This document shows, piece after piece, positions 39,238-53,103 of a stretch of DNA of 64,000 nucleotides (positions are counted from its first letter, which is position 1; the number at the start of each line of letters is the position of its first letter). This DNA is from Anthoceros angustus. Lineage: Eukaryota > Plantae > Anthocerotophyta. The stretch lies in contig VJWM01000107.1 of NCBI GenBank assembly GCA_010909165.1, positions 620,001 through 684,000 on the forward strand. Direction: 5' to 3'. Under the pieces are notes generated by a model. That model was not told the origin of the DNA. It searched no databases and was given only the letters and a program-made list of their open reading frames with translations. The position numbers and the translations under genes are program-made.

Positions 39238-42200
39238 TCAAAAAAGTTGGCGTTTCATGTTTTCCATCTTCGCCAGCAGGTCTTGAATGTCGGCAATCAT
39301 CCTAACTTTCATCAGATTGAAATCATGTTCCGCCTTATCTAGCAACTGCGTCTCCTCACACTTCTTCCTCCTCCTTTCCTCGGCTTCACGTAGCCTCAAC
39401 TTCCGTAACTTGCAATCATATTCTTCCTCCACCTTTTCACATTTAGCTAAAACAATACGGTGAAGACCCTCAGCTTCCTTCCGTGCTTCATCTGCCCGCA
39501 TTTGAAACATCTTTGCCTCAGCCTGCTTGATCCGGACAATATTTTCCAGTTCCTCAATTTCTGCCTTCTGTTGTGCCCGCTGATACTGGAGCTCAGCAGC
39601 TTCTGTTCGCTTCTCTAACAACTCCTGGTCATAGTTCTTGAGGGCCAATCGAGCCTTCTCCAAACTGTCCGTGTGTGATTGGTCTCCACCAGAATTGTGC
39701 CTGGGCACAGCTTCTCCACCGGCAGAGTTGTGCCTCAGCAAGGCTTCGTTCCCAGGACCAGCTGTCCTGTCACATATTGTTGGCTCAGCCACAGTTTCCC
39801 TTCCAGGGGAACCACCATTCCACAACCCTCCCAATAAGGGATGAGGGACATTGAATGCTGACGGTCCCAGTTCAGGGTCTCCATCTGCAAAATGAAGACA
39901 GTAAAAGGTAATTTCAGAACCTGAATAAGATCATTAGCCATCTCAACCCCACCTACGGCATATGCAAATAACAGGCATGCAGAACCACGACAAGGAAACA
40001 CAAATTATGTTGTCCACCAGATTTACAGCAGTTCACTCAGGGCTGCCACCTTGCCAGGCTCTCAAGCACAAAAACTCCAAGAGAAGAACCACGGTTACCT
40101 GTAAAGAACCGCAACATGCTTCTGCAAACCTCCGAATGATCACACAAACTCTCCAGCTGCATCAGCATCTGCTCAGCCTTCCGGCAAAGCTGCTTCCCTT
40201 TTAAATCTTCACTACCATGAAACATACGTCTCACACAGTCCAACTCCTTCGACAGCACATCCTTCTGCCAGGTCTTTGCACATGCTATAAACACCTCCTT
40301 AACAAAACCAAAAAGCTCTGAGGTATGTTGACAAGCAATACACTTGAACTGCATCTCAGAGGTACCAGGTGCAATGTGGCCCATACGAATACCACAATCC
40401 GTGTGGCACCAATGCAGGCAAAAGTCGCAGCCAATCCAGCGACATGTATTTGCATCAAGGTCAAATTTGGAGCAAACAACACACATGCAGGCATTGCAGA
40501 AGCCAGTCTTCGCGGAACATATATGACATTCACAGTCATCAGCTGGCAGTTGGCTTTGACACGTAGTATTTTGACATTTTGCTTGCAGAAATATATCAAC
40601 CAGCGCCGAATGGGTGACTGCCTTGGGTGCCACCGGCTGCACAAATGCAGAATTCCCAGTTTTGACTGCCACTAGCAGCTCCAGCTGCGTGGGATGTGAG
40701 CGCAGCAGAACCTCCATAGTAAGGTCCGTTCTCCTCTGGAGAATTTTCTGGAGAGCGACAAACTCCTCCCGCCTCTCTATACTCCCAAGCATCTCTCGTA
40801 GCGAGTCCTTCAACCCTTCAAGATAGCTGTTGGGTAGGACCTGCAGCTTCCTGGCCATTACAGGAATGGGCTCCGTCACAAGTTCATGGATACCAATTCT
40901 CTCAAAACTCATCAAGCTTTTAGATCCCGACTGATCGCCATTTCCAGCTGCAGCTTCCTGTAGCCGCCTGTTCTGCTCTGACCAGGTCTCTTGTGGAAGC
41001 CCACTTCGTGCAGGAGCAGACCAGGCCTCCCGTCCGGACAAATCTCTGCGTATGACCCTTGACTTGTCTAGAGAGTCCCCGGCTTTGTCTGCCGAAGCAT
41101 GAAAATGACCAGCAATCGGAAGCCGTTGCATGGGCAAAATCACCTTGGGCAACTGATAACTCCCCTCCACATCCAGGTCAATCCCACGTGATGCCTGCTC
41201 CCTCATCTGATCATTGCCGAGAGATCCCTGAAGGATCTGTGGATTCCCATTCTGCAGCATCTGCAGATACAAAGGCATCTCTCTTCGAGGCTTGTTTCTG
41301 CGAGAAACTGAAATGAAGCCGCTGTTCTCAGCCTCCTTCCCCTCCGACAGCCTCCAGCTACCAAACGAGGCCTGTTCATTACCCTGAGACATCTGATGGC
41401 TCCCGCACGACACCTCCTGGTTCTCCATCGAGTTCTGCGTGAGTGAGCAGCTCGGGTTGTGCATGAAGGGGTGCGAGTGCGACAAGGACAAGGAATTAGT
41501 ATACCCGGTGGAGTACGTCCGGGTGGCCCCCAGCGAGTGAACGCTTCTCTCCTGATCCCCGGCTGCCATACCAGGATCCGAAGAACCAAGCGACAGGGAA
41601 GTGTCCGGCAGCGACTGCGACACAGGAGGCACTTCGAGCTTAGGTCTCTTGTGCCTCTGCATGTCAAGAAGCAGGTCCTTCACAACACCTCCGTCCCTCT
41701 CCCAGCTCTTCCTCCGCCTCTCAGCAATCTTCCCGTTCTCATCCCCGTTCACCTGAGCCGCCCTGTCCAGAAAATTCTCCGTCGTGGTCTCCCTCTCCTC
41801 CTTGCACTTCACCAAATCCTCCCGCCCCAAACCCCCAATGGCCAACGTCAGCTCCTTCCCGCCCCCAAGACCGGCATCGGCATCAGACACACGAAGCGCA
41901 ACCCCTCCCCTCGCCCTCCCCGCCTCCCTCTCCGCAACGTTCACATCAACCCTGGGCCGCAGATCCGTCCACACAACCCGCACGCCACTCCCTGCCGCTT
42001 GCCCCCCCTCTTCCTCCCCGCCCGGATCCGTCTCCTGCGTTTTCTTCCAATCAACCTGCACAGTGTCCATCGTCACCACCTCCACTTTCACCTGCTCCTC
42101 ACACCCGGGACCCGTCTCCCTAACTTCACCCTCCACCTCCGCCTCCTTCTCTACTTCCCGCTCATCCCCTCCCTCACCCGTCCCATCCCCCGTCATCACA

Positions 42201-42889
42201 TGCTCATCCAACCTTCCGCCCTCCGCATCCCCCTCCTCCTTCTTCTCCTCCTCCTCCTCCTCCACCTTCTTCTTCTCCTCCTCCTTCTCCTCCCTCTCCT
42301 CCTTCTCCTCCTCCTCCTCCTCCTCCTCCTCCTCCCCCACAACCTCCTCGGCGGCCTGCTCAGCCCGGCACTCGCTCCCAGGCAGCCCGCTGTCAGCCTC
42401 GCCGTCCGGGGTCAGCTCTCCCTCCTCCCTCTCACTCTTGTCCGAGCCCTCCCTGGCAGCCCCCACCACCTGCCCTGCCTTCATGGCAGCCTTGTCGTCA
42501 GCCCCAGGCAGGGCCGGAGGCGGAGCTTCCCTCCCGGAGAGTTGGCTCACATACCTTACCTTCCCTCGGTCCTCCCTCTCCGAGCGGGCCCTCTTGGCGG
42601 CAGAGCGGTGCGAGTGAGGCCTGGCGGAGCCGTGGCTGCCGTGCCCGTGCCCATGCCCGTGCCCGTTCCTGTCCAAACCATCCTTGTGCCTCCCGAGGTC
42701 CTTGATGGAGCGGGTCTTAGAGGGGGGCACATCCTCCTCCTCCCCGCTGCCCTCCTCCTTCAACCCAGCACAGCCGTTCCTCCCCTCCAGGCCCCGCTCC
42801 CGCAGATGTTTGTCTCCTCTGAGCGCATTGCCACACCCGGAACTGGGGGAGCCCCCAACATGCTCAACATACGACCTGGACCGCTTCAT
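39238..42889 (-). CDS. OBE4: OBERON3/4 (TITANIA)-like PHD-finger and coiled-coil protein
   Basis: Exons 42889-40099 and 39884-39238. Contains F.HNPSCSLTQNS, CQN..CQSQLPADDCECHICSAKTGFCNACMCVVCSKFD...WIGCDFCLHWCHTDC and ELENIVRIKQAEAKMFQ.RADEARKEAEGL. The long acidic N-terminus is typical of OBE3/4. Confidence 0.94.
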
Positions 42890-44395
42890 GGAGGAGCCCA
42901 GAGACCCAATTCCGCTCTCACATGCTGCGGGTCCACACCCCCATGCAACCAAGAATAGCAAAGAAATCCGGCGTGAGCTGGGCGAGTGGGAATTCCGCGC
43001 TCTGAGCCTGCACCGTGGGCGAGAGAGAACGAGGTGCGGAGCCCTGAGCCCTGAGGCGGAGGAGCAGGAATCAGGGGGATCGAGGACAACGCCAGCGTCG
43101 GCAGGGGAATCCAGAGAGACCGAGGACGGTCCAAGCAGCTGTTACTGTGACACAAGCGGTGAGCCATGTGGTCACAAAAATTCATTACCCCACCCTGGGC
43201 CAGGCTTTCACCTCCCTTCAACCCGTCAACCCTTCGACCCGACCCATTGACTCTTCTGCCTCGTGACCCGGATATCGTAACCACTTCCTCACGGCCCCCA
43301 GGGTTCCTCATCAAATTTGCTTACATCCCGTTATTACAGTGGAAGAATTTATATAATAATACAACTTGTATGGTAAGATGGTGATTCCAACCCACCTTAT
43401 TATATATTACATAAATTTTCAAAATAGTAAAATATAAATCCATAATAAACTTGAAACTCTTGAAACTCTCATCTACACTTCCTTTTACCTTGGTGGCCTA
43501 TTTTCGTCATGTGCCTTCTCAATGGAATTAAGCAATCCTTTTTTTTTATCGAAAGAAACACAAGGACAAAACTTGTTTGTTTGCTATCAGTTGCTCTGCC
43601 TAAAAAGGATGCGATTATTTCTAAAATTAGTTTCCTTAACATAGATACAATCTTTGTTTCTAGAAAGGAAAAGAAAACTAGTTCCAGTTGCAAGTGAGAC
43701 TTCGATTGGGTTGCTTGAACTAGGAGTGATCATTTTCTAAAATTGGTTTCCTTAGCACCATATCTAGAAATTTCTTTTCGTTATAAATGAACATGAAATC
43801 TCTTTGTCATGAGGTTTTTCCCGTGAATTACCTCTTCACGTATCATAGTGGAGTGCTCAATTATTTTGTTTTGGAGCATATTGGAGTTCGTTGAACAGGT
43901 TCTCCTATGTGACACAATCTGGTGTCATGCTTGTAATTGTATTACGTTCTTTTGAATTAACTCTTTTTTGTGATGGTTTTTGTGAATTAACTCCTAAATG
44001 ATCACGGTAACTTCAAGTTGCATGAAAAGTTTTAATTTTTGCGGTGGGTTATCTTTTGTTCATTTTGATCAAAAGATGAACACCGACGTTTACAAGAGTT
44101 TCGTGTCTTGGAATGCACCTCTTACTTCTTACAAGAGAACACTATAGTTATCCAACCCGAAGGGTTTTCGAACTATTGACTGCTGAAATCTAGGGTTTGG
44201 GGGTCACAAAAAGTTTTTGAACTATTGATTGTTGGAGGATTCTAGGGTCTAGGGATTAACTCTTGCTTCTTGGACAATTGAACCCATATAAATTACTAAG
44301 GTTAAGTCAAACTCTAAAATTCTTTATTTGCTTTAATTTCTTCCATATAATATATTTTTTTCGTTCATTGCTAGGGTTGAAGAAGGTGCAACATA

Positions 44396-46261
44396 ATGTA
44401 CATCACGTGGCTGGAAAACAATGTTAAATCAAAAGTAGAAAGAAGAAAATGTATAATTTTCTTCCTTTTTGTATGTTTTGTGACATTCTTCGCTGCTGGT
44501 AAGAAAATTATGTCATTTTAACTACGTATTAAGCAACTTTTCTATAATGAAGTCCAACGATCCTGAAATTTTTTCTTTCAACTTTGTCAATATAGGTGAT
44601 CCTTCAAATACTGTGGATGTTCTAGATCCTTTGGGTAATGTTACAGTCAAGTGGAATGTGATGTCTTGGGCTCCCGATGGCTACATGGTAAAAACTTTTA
44701 TTTTATATTTAATGAAATCTCATCTCATTTTTACACTATATATGTAAGTAATGTCCCAACGTTTTGCAATGCTTATTCAGGCTCTAGTCAGTATCGAAAA
44801 TTTTCAAAAATATAGAAGATTTGGACCACCGGGCTGGCAGTTAGGATGGCGGTGGGCTAAAAACGAAATTATTTGGAACATGGCTGGAGCAGAAGCTGTT
44901 ATGCAGGGCGATTGTTCTAAATTTCACACGGAAATTCCTCATTGTTGTCTTCGGAGCCCACAGATTATTGATTTATTGCCCAACGTAACCTTTAACGATC
45001 AGGTAGCCAATTGTTGTCGAAATGGGATTATAGAGTCCTATCTAGACGACCCACGCCATTCTACTGCATCATTTGAAATGACTATAGGGTTATCAGGAAA
45101 TTCCAATACAACTGTGCGCTTCCCACAAGATATAACATTGGGGACAGCATCAGAGCCTGATCAATACCTGTGTAGTCCAGTCAAGAAGAGCGAAGCAACC
45201 TTGTTCCCTTCAACTGATAAAAGAAGGCTCACTCAAGCTTTAAGTGAGTAGTTAGTAGCATTTCTGTTTTACCAAATTTGTTAACACTCTACTAACCACA
45301 TACTTTGTTTGTCGGAAATATGTAGTGACATGGACTAGCACATGCATATATGCACAACTGGAAAAGAAACGCTCAAAGTGTTGTGTGTCATATTCATCCT
45401 TCTATAATTCCACCATAATTCCTTGTGAAACATGTGCCTGTGCTTGCCCAACAACAGACACCTACTCTATCAAACCAGATTGTGTCAATAGGTAAACACA
45501 CAAAGATTATTGAATTATTAATTATCACTTTTGTAATTTATCGTACATATGTAAATCCTTTTATCCTGCATTCATATTGCATGGTTATTTTTATTTGCAG
45601 GTCAATCCTGCACAGCCATCACTTTCCACGATTGGATGGTCCTGAAATGTTATGCTCAAATGATATGTGTCCAGTTAAGATACACTGGCATGTAAAAGCA
45701 AACTATAAGAAATATTGGAGGGCTAAACTTACCATAATCAATAGGATGTTGAATAAGAATTATACAGAATGGAATGTAGTGGTTCAGCATCCGAACTTTC
45801 ACAATCTTACAAGAGCATTTAGTTTTGATTATACGGGGATTAATTCTTACAACGGCACAAGTAATTCAATCCTTTGCATCCTTATTTAAGCCTTGTTTTT
45901 AGTTTGAATTTTGTTGTTTTTTTAAATATCTTCGTCTCTTAACTCATTTTATGTCTTCTACTCACAATTTTTTGGAAATGCAGATGATACGGCTATCTTT
46001 ACTGGTTTAAAGTACTATGATGACTATTTGTTGACTGCGGGGAAAATGGGTCATGTGCAATCCGAACTTCTTTTCCATAAAAATAGTGATTTCACCTTGA
46101 AGAAAGGTTGGGCATTCCCTCGCCGAGTCTACTTCGATGGAGATGATTGTGTGCTACCTACACACTACCCATATTTGCCAAATGGAGCAGGAAAAATTAC
46201 ATTTACGCTTTCAAATATTGTAGTAATTGTGATGTTAGTGATTGTATATCTTCTCGTTTGA
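44396..46261 (+). CDS. COBL: COBRA-like GPI-anchored cell-wall protein (6 exons)
   Basis: Exons 44396-44498, 44596-44687, 44781-45243, 45326-45491, 45601-45860 and 45984-46261. Signal peptide, LDPLGNVTVKWNVMSWAPDGY, GWQLGWRWAKNEIIW, CCVS motif, GWAFPRRVYFDGDDCV, and a hydrophobic C-terminal GPI signal. Confidence 0.95.
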
Positions 46262-46569
46262 AGTTGTAACAAAGTCTCTTCAGGAATAGAGACGTGTACT
46301 TCACTTTTCTTAGATAGGCTAGAGAATCCAATAAAATGGACACATTCGGGAAACACATTGTTATTTAAATGCTTCTACAAGAAAAGCAAAAAGGCAAAAA
46401 TTTTACTTATTGTAAAGAAAAAATGGTAAAACCTACCGGTTTACCAATTTGTTTTTTGAGGAATGAAGAATTGATAAACAAAAAATATTTGTCATCTTTG
46501 TATGTTTCCTTTGTCAATATTGTGTTGTAAAAACATCAAGGAACAAGACATTTTGAAAACTAGGTAGTT

Positions 46570-47160
46570 CACGTAGTTAAGAAACGCGATAATACAAGTC
46601 GGTTAATCAAGGTTGACTTGTACCTCGTTCTGGCGACCAAGTTTCGGTGGCGGACGTGGAGGTCACTGACCCTGCACATAACACCATCTTTGCGCAAGTG
46701 ATCACAAACCATCCAAGATAGGGTAGTTCTCAAAGTTAAGAAATATAGCGGGATGCAAGTGGGCCACCAATTCATTCCTCTCGCCGTTGAAACGTATAGG
46801 GCGATGACTAACGCTCGATACATTTAACAAGTCCTGCGGCAAGGGTTATCATGCCTGCAGGCACGGTAAGAGTCTGTCCCTATCCTATGTCACAACATTC
46901 TTAACACAGCGGGTCTGTATTGCCCTTCAACGTGCCCTTTCCATGGCGATCATCCACAGAGCGCCGACAACAGGTGATGCATCCTTTTCTTCCTCCGTTG
47001 TTTGTAGTCATTTACTCTTCCCGCATACGACATTTTAGGTGCAATTGATGACTTCCGGTAGGGAGATTCGCTACTTCTTTTCACCACGACCCTCAAGGTC
47101 TCCCTTGGTTATCCTCTGACGAATAGGCTTTTCCCATCAATTTTTCCCTCAATAAAAATC
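46570..47160 (+). mobile_element. Decayed 3' fragment of a CRE-clade-like non-LTR retrotransposon (restriction-like endonuclease region)
   Basis: Frameshifted translation reads KVD...VADVEVTDP...KVKKY...FIPLAVETY...FLTQRVCIALQRALSMAII. This is the PD-(D/E)-K..KY / F.P.A.ET.G / QR.S.A.QR pattern of CRE-type elements. Confidence 0.65.
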
Positions 47161-48396
47161 CTCCTTGGACTATATTTAGGTAAGTACCTCGATACACATA
47201 CATGGTATGCTTTCATCAAATATATATTTTATATGAAAGAATGCCTTTATTTTTTAAAATTAAAAAATACACAATAATATAATCAAGTTTGAGCTGAAGA
47301 GATAGAAAAAGTATTTCACTTATTTTTATTCATATATTATTAAATTTTAAAATTAAAAATTTGCTATAGTGTTCAACTACGGAGTAATCCGTGACTATCT
47401 TTCACTATATTGTCATGCAATGCAGATGAATGACATATCGGACTACTTCGATTTGTAGAGTAGTTGCTGCTGCATACTTGGGGCCATAATCAGCGAGAGT
47501 GAACTCGTTGAGTTCAACATGCTTCAACTCAACTTTGATTCCCACCCAGCCTTTGAAGATCCAACTTGCATAAGCTTTTCTCGTGAGAAGAGTGTTCAAA
47601 ATGCTCCCATTTGGGTTGGAAAGAAGGAAGTCTCTAAGCGCTAACTTGGTATTCCTCATGCCAGTTTTAAGACAACATCTTCATGCGCGCACCATGTGCC
47701 ATAGGCCCTCCCTGGAAGAAGACTCCCCATACCTTTCGCAAGGCCGATCCTGCTTTGCCGCCTTACTAAGCTACCAGTTGGAGGCTGCCACAAACATTTT
47801 AGGGTTTCTCATTTAAATGGCAAACCTCAAGGAGTTACTCAATAGCAAGTCCATCTCGACGCGTGTGAGATACGATGGGATGTGCAAGTTGCACATTTTT
47901 TCATCCTTACCTGCATCCTTCGTCCTTGATGCCAATGTCTAGTGCTTAATGTTGTCAACTTGCTTGTCAATTCGTTAGAAGTTCAGCTGCTAACTCAATT
48001 TCCTTTGTCCGGGGTCGAGGCATAGAGGCAGAAGTCACCATCTGTGGAAGCAATCCTGATCAGGAGAACCACTTATGGCAGTTCCCTTCAGCGACTTCCA
48101 ACAGGGGATATGCGGTAGGTCGCATCTTCAGGATTGAGCTCGAGACAAAAAAGGATTGATCTAGATTCTCGACCCTGGTGCCAACGTCAACGGCCAACAA
48201 AAAAGTGTGGATCCATGTGTGGTGAACTCACGTGCAAAGGAAACTGGATCCATGTGGATATGTGAGCTCAAGCTGAGTTCAATGTATACAAGGATAGTCC
48301 ACTTAGACAAAATAGATAATACCTATGTACTAACAATGCTCATAGAAAAATACAACATAATAATATGTGAAACAGAAAAAAAGCTATATTTAATAT

Positions 48397-48480
48397 TCAA
48401 CTACATAACCAGATGCTTTGTTCCGACGTAACTGCACTCAACTACATAACCAGATGCTTTTGTTCCGACGTAACTGCACT
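48397..48480. repeat. 41-bp tandem duplication in the 3' region of the C2H2 gene
   Basis: tcaactacataaccagatgcttt(t)gttccgacgtaactgcac, twice. Confidence 0.92.
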
Positions 48481-48541
48481 CGAACTATTGGGTGGTCGGA
48501 GAAGTCTAGAATCAACTTGGAGAATGGGAGTTCTGAACAAC

Positions 48542-51500
48542 TTACTTAGGATCGGTTGGGCTAAAGCACTGACAGCTGAACATGGACCGCTTGGCTCTAG
48601 GAAAAGCGTCTGTGTCCTCGTTGCCGGTCTCCTTGGCCGCGTTCTCAGCCAAACTCGGTGGAGAACTTCTCACTCTCTCAATAATTCTCTTCAGAAATGG
48701 ACTTTTCGGGGATGCAACAACCTTTGTTTCCTGAGAGGGCCGTACCTCCAGGTGCTCGGCCACGTGCTCCTCTTCCAGTAAGTTCCTCAGTCTGTGGTGG
48801 TGGGGCTTTTCAATGGACTGGCCGCCGTTTTCTACACTTACCTCAGACTTAGAGAACCCTTCGCCCGTCACTGACTGCCCTCGAAGTGGGGAAGAATGCT
48901 CTTCAAAGGCGGGATCTTGAAGTGCAGATGAGGCTCCTTTTCCAGCTATCTCGGGACCAGGCTCGGCAGCAGCGCCCACAGGTGCAACCGTTTCGCTTTC
49001 GTACAATTCTTTTGCCGTCCGACTTAAAATGTCACGCTCTGAAATTGTGGACGCCAATGATGATGTTGTCTCGAGAGCAGCATCCCCGTCCATTCCTTCC
49101 TGGATGTGTGTCTTGTCAAGGACACCTTGTCCTGGTGCAATGACGATGGCGTTATGTAAAAACGTCCTTTGCAGCAAGCGAGCTATATAGCTAGTCAAGA
49201 CAGCCGATGCCTATGCAGCATAAATTATCTGTCCCTATGAATGGGAATTCCTACCTGTGATTGATTGGGTCACACCCGACTCTGCGTGTGCACTGCGTTC
49301 AGTCGTCGTCACCGTCTCTTGTCTACTATGTTGGCTAGTATCATCACCTTGCAAGTCAGCAGTTAGCCTTCCACTGTTCTGTAAGAGCTTTTCTTCGACG
49401 TCTGGTTTCCAAGAATCCTCAGCAGCAAAAGCGTCTGATCTGCTATCTGCTGAATAGTGCTTCAAATCATTGTCGAGCAGCTGCTCCCACAACTCTTTCT
49501 CACGACTTTCGGTGATCGATACTGCACCCAAACGATTCATTACCACTCAAAGACGAAAAAGTTGGTAAAAGCGCGCCAACATGACGAAACAGCTGTTTCA
49601 ACAGATATCTACCCACAAATCTTTCGGAAAGACAAATTCCCCATGAGAAGACAAACTCGTACCTGCGGTTCCGTGCTGCACCTTCTTGAAGGGCTGGGTC
49701 ACTGGAACTTCTATCTCAGGGTTTGCCTCAGATTCCACTATCTGGCTTTGGACAACAGCAGCATCATGCCCGTCATTTTCACCCAGCGCCTGGTCACCAG
49801 CATTTTCTTGTGCAACAGCTGATGTAGCAGACTGTGCAGTGGATGATTCAACTCCCAATTGAACCAAGTGATCTTCCGGGTGCTCCCTTCCCATCACCAC
49901 AGCCACTGAATGTGAGGAATCCACATCTAGATCAGATATGCCAGTCTCTGAGGGCAAAATAACAGGATCACAAGAACTAGGCTCTACCACAGAACTGGAC
50001 ACTCCCTGGGCAGATTCAGGTTCAGCAGGCTTCAGAAGATCCATGTCAACCGAAAAGCTGGTGGCCTTATCCGTGGCACTGCAGTCTTCCGCCTTCTTAA
50101 GGTCATCAGCAAATGTGACCTTCCTGTGAGCTACCTCTGGTAAAGGTTCCTCTCCCACAGTAATCCTTGTATTTAAAGGTTGCTCGCTATCAGCAACAGG
50201 AGGCTCCGGGGTACCAGAACCTTGATTACGGGAGTCCTCCAACTGTAAGGCAATCCCAACACCCGTATTGTGCGCTTTGTCCTCAAACTCAAGCTGGCCA
50301 TCAACTGTGGGACTCGGTTCCGAAATCTCAGAACTTCTTGCTGAAGGTTGAGATCCCTTCGATTGGTCTGAAGCTTCTTCAGTATCTAGGTCTGGGTCAA
50401 ATTTGACACCAGATATCTCCAATGTTCCATCGTGATCCAGGTGCTTGCTAGGTTCCAATACGCCGCCTGGCTCACCACCAAGAGCCTCAACTGTTTCGGG
50501 AATATCAAGGTCATGTGTCGGTGCTTGTATTGACGTCCCAAGGTCTGCCCCGGCGGAAGACAGTTCATCGCATGGAACTTGGTTATGGGACTCGGCCACC
50601 CCAGGAGCAAATACAACATGACCGAATACCGGTAAATCTTTATCAATATCGTTCTTCCGAATCACCTCATCGTCAACAGCTTGAACTGCAAGTCTGGGTT
50701 CAGAATCTACCGCCTGAGTCAGCTCAGGAATATGCAAACCGTGAGTGTCACCGGGCACCTCACTTTGTACCTTTTGAGGTGTATCTGCTATCGTGCTCTC
50801 CAACTGCTCGGCTGCTTCACCTTCGATAGCTCCGGGAGGATCACAGCCTCCACCTTCGGTCGAAGCCTTCTCAGCACCTCCACCCTGTAAATCACCTGAT
50901 TGGAGTCCTTTCGACTCTTCAAGTTGCACCTCCGTGAACTCTAAATTGTCACTTGAGCTTACGACTTGACCGGCAGACTCCAAAACTTTCACCTCTCCAG
51001 TATGTACCTCTGGTAAGTCAATCTCCAGCTCTGCGGTCTTAGCTTCAACGACAGTTGATGGTTCAGGTTCTTCCGACTTCTTACAAGTCCCTGGTGCATC
51101 TGAGAAGCTTCTCTGCAAGGCCTCAGCTATCAACTCCTCCCCAGCTCCTGTGGAGACAACAGTGTCTAAAGCCTGTGATGGCAGCTGGCGATTATCAATT
51201 GCCTCAGGATTACTTGTCGCTTCCGCAGGTTGAGATGCAACTTGTTCTTCAGAGCCACTCTCTGCAACATGATCGAGCGTTGGCTCCAAGACAGGCACCT
51301 TTTCCGGAAAGAGAAGTCTCTTGGCAGGAGACGAGTAGGGTGAAGCTCTTGGGACAACATTCTTTCTGCCAGGCGTCCTTGGGCTGCTGTCGTCTATGAT
51401 AATTTTTTTCTCATAATCTTCAACCCTTGCTTTTACACTGAGCAAACGGAGGGAATTCTTATCCAGACGCTGCGCTTGGAGACCCTCTTTTGGAAACGCA

Positions 51501-53103
51501 GTGTCTCCTTGCTCATCACTGCTCAGACCTGACGGCTGGACATCATCAACGACACCCGCTCCTGCATCTACACCTTCTAGGCTGGATGTCACATCTCCTG
51601 GTTCCACGAACAGCACAACAGGCTTCGTACTTCTCCCTGCCAAGGACGAGGATAAGCAATCAAATGCACAAGTCGACAAGAGGAAATCATCGCCAGTTTA
51701 ATTGCACGAGACAAAGCCTAGCGGAGACCTCTTTCAGCTGGAGATTCATCATCAGAAGAGGCATCCGAAGAAGAGCCCCCGTCCACATGATGCCCCTTCT
51801 CCTTCTTTTCCTTTATCTCAGAGCAGTGTTTCTTGTGGTTCCGTCTGTGTTTGGCACTTGGATGCGGATTAGGATATGTCCACCCACATTCACGGCAGGT
51901 CCACAAGTCCTCCTCAACGGACTTCCCTGTTATACGAGAGGTCAGACTTCATGCACAACCGCGGCTACCCTTCCAGGCAAGGGGCAAAATTTCAAGACAA
52001 ACCAGAAAACGGTAGCAAGCAAAAAAAGATCACCACTCTGGGAAACACCTTTGTACCTGCTGAGGACTTAGGAACGACTGGAGATTGAACTTGTGACTTT
52101 GAGGCACTGCTAGGACTGAGCACTTTGGACACTATTCCCTGACCTTCAGGAGGTCCTGCCATCCCAAGAGTTACCATCAGTCTAGTACTTCTCCCAGTTG
52201 CTAAACTAAGCTCGAGAAACAAAAACATTGTCAACCAAAAGAGCTCAACTGCCTAGAGGCTTAACTGAAAAAGTATGTGAGACGCCATGCGGCACTGCTC
52301 GCTACGTGCATCGTTCAAAGCAGAGAGGAAAAGAAGCAGTGGTAATGCAGCAAGCAGTCACATCTTCAAAATCATGCACTGCGACGAACGATGATACAGC
52401 ACCAGTTACCTCCAGGCACAGTGTCGACGGGCTTGTTCTTTTGACTGCTGGACAGGGGAGAAGGACTCTGGTGTTTTTTCTCCGACGAGCCAACTGGTTT
52501 CCTCTCCGTGGGTCTACCAACTGGGCTCTTGATCGTGGGGGACTTGGCGTCGAGCTTACCAGTGACTTTCCGCTCGTCCGCCTTGCCAAGGCCCTTCTTG
52601 ATTTCGTGCCTAATAGGCTGCTTCTTGGCATCCAGCTTGGGCGACTGCTGCTTCCGTTCCTCACTCCTCAGTGAATGCTTCTTCTCATCTGAGTAAACTA
52701 GCTGAGCTTTTTCATCCTGTTTGCTAGCGTTCTTGTCATCCATCTTACTCTCCGATTTTTTCTCGTCCACTTTCGCAGCTGCCGGGCTAGAGCTGAGTCC
52801 CCTTGCAGGTTCGTCCCCAACTCCCAGCGAGGATCGCACCCTGCGCTTCACTTGCTTCTCTCCAGAAGTAGGCGAAGTTGGCGAAAGGTCGGCAGCCGGA
52901 GTAACGCCCTTCGACGGGCTCTTCACAACCGGGCTCCTCGCCTCCGTCTCCTGAGCTGCACCATCCTTGGTGCGTGGAGACTTGTCCCCAAGACTCGAGG
53001 GAACGCTCCGTTGCTTCACCTTGGAGTCACCTTTCAGATCAACCTTGGACCTCGGAGACTGAGACTTAGGGGACGGGGTGGACGGTTTCCCTCCAAAACT
53101 CAT
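48542..53103 (-). CDS. Large (~1300 aa) low-complexity protein with one atypical C2HC/C2H2 zinc finger and a Cys-containing C-terminus (At4g14200-like family)
   Basis: A chain of phase-1 exons: 53103-52410, ~52155-52057, ~51926-51729, ~51636-49643, ~49522-49256 and ~49131-48542 (boundaries approximate). Contains WTCRECGWTYPNPHPSAKHRRNHKKHC and ends KRSMFSCQCFSPTDPK*. Confidence 0.8.

Noticed and set aside
41459-42958. 499-aa and 277-aa plus-strand ORFs
   Set aside because: They are antisense shadows of the GC-rich, poly-Glu OBE4 exon.
47405-48200. Possible decayed TE or gene fragment on the minus strand
   Set aside because: I could not identify any diagnostic motif.
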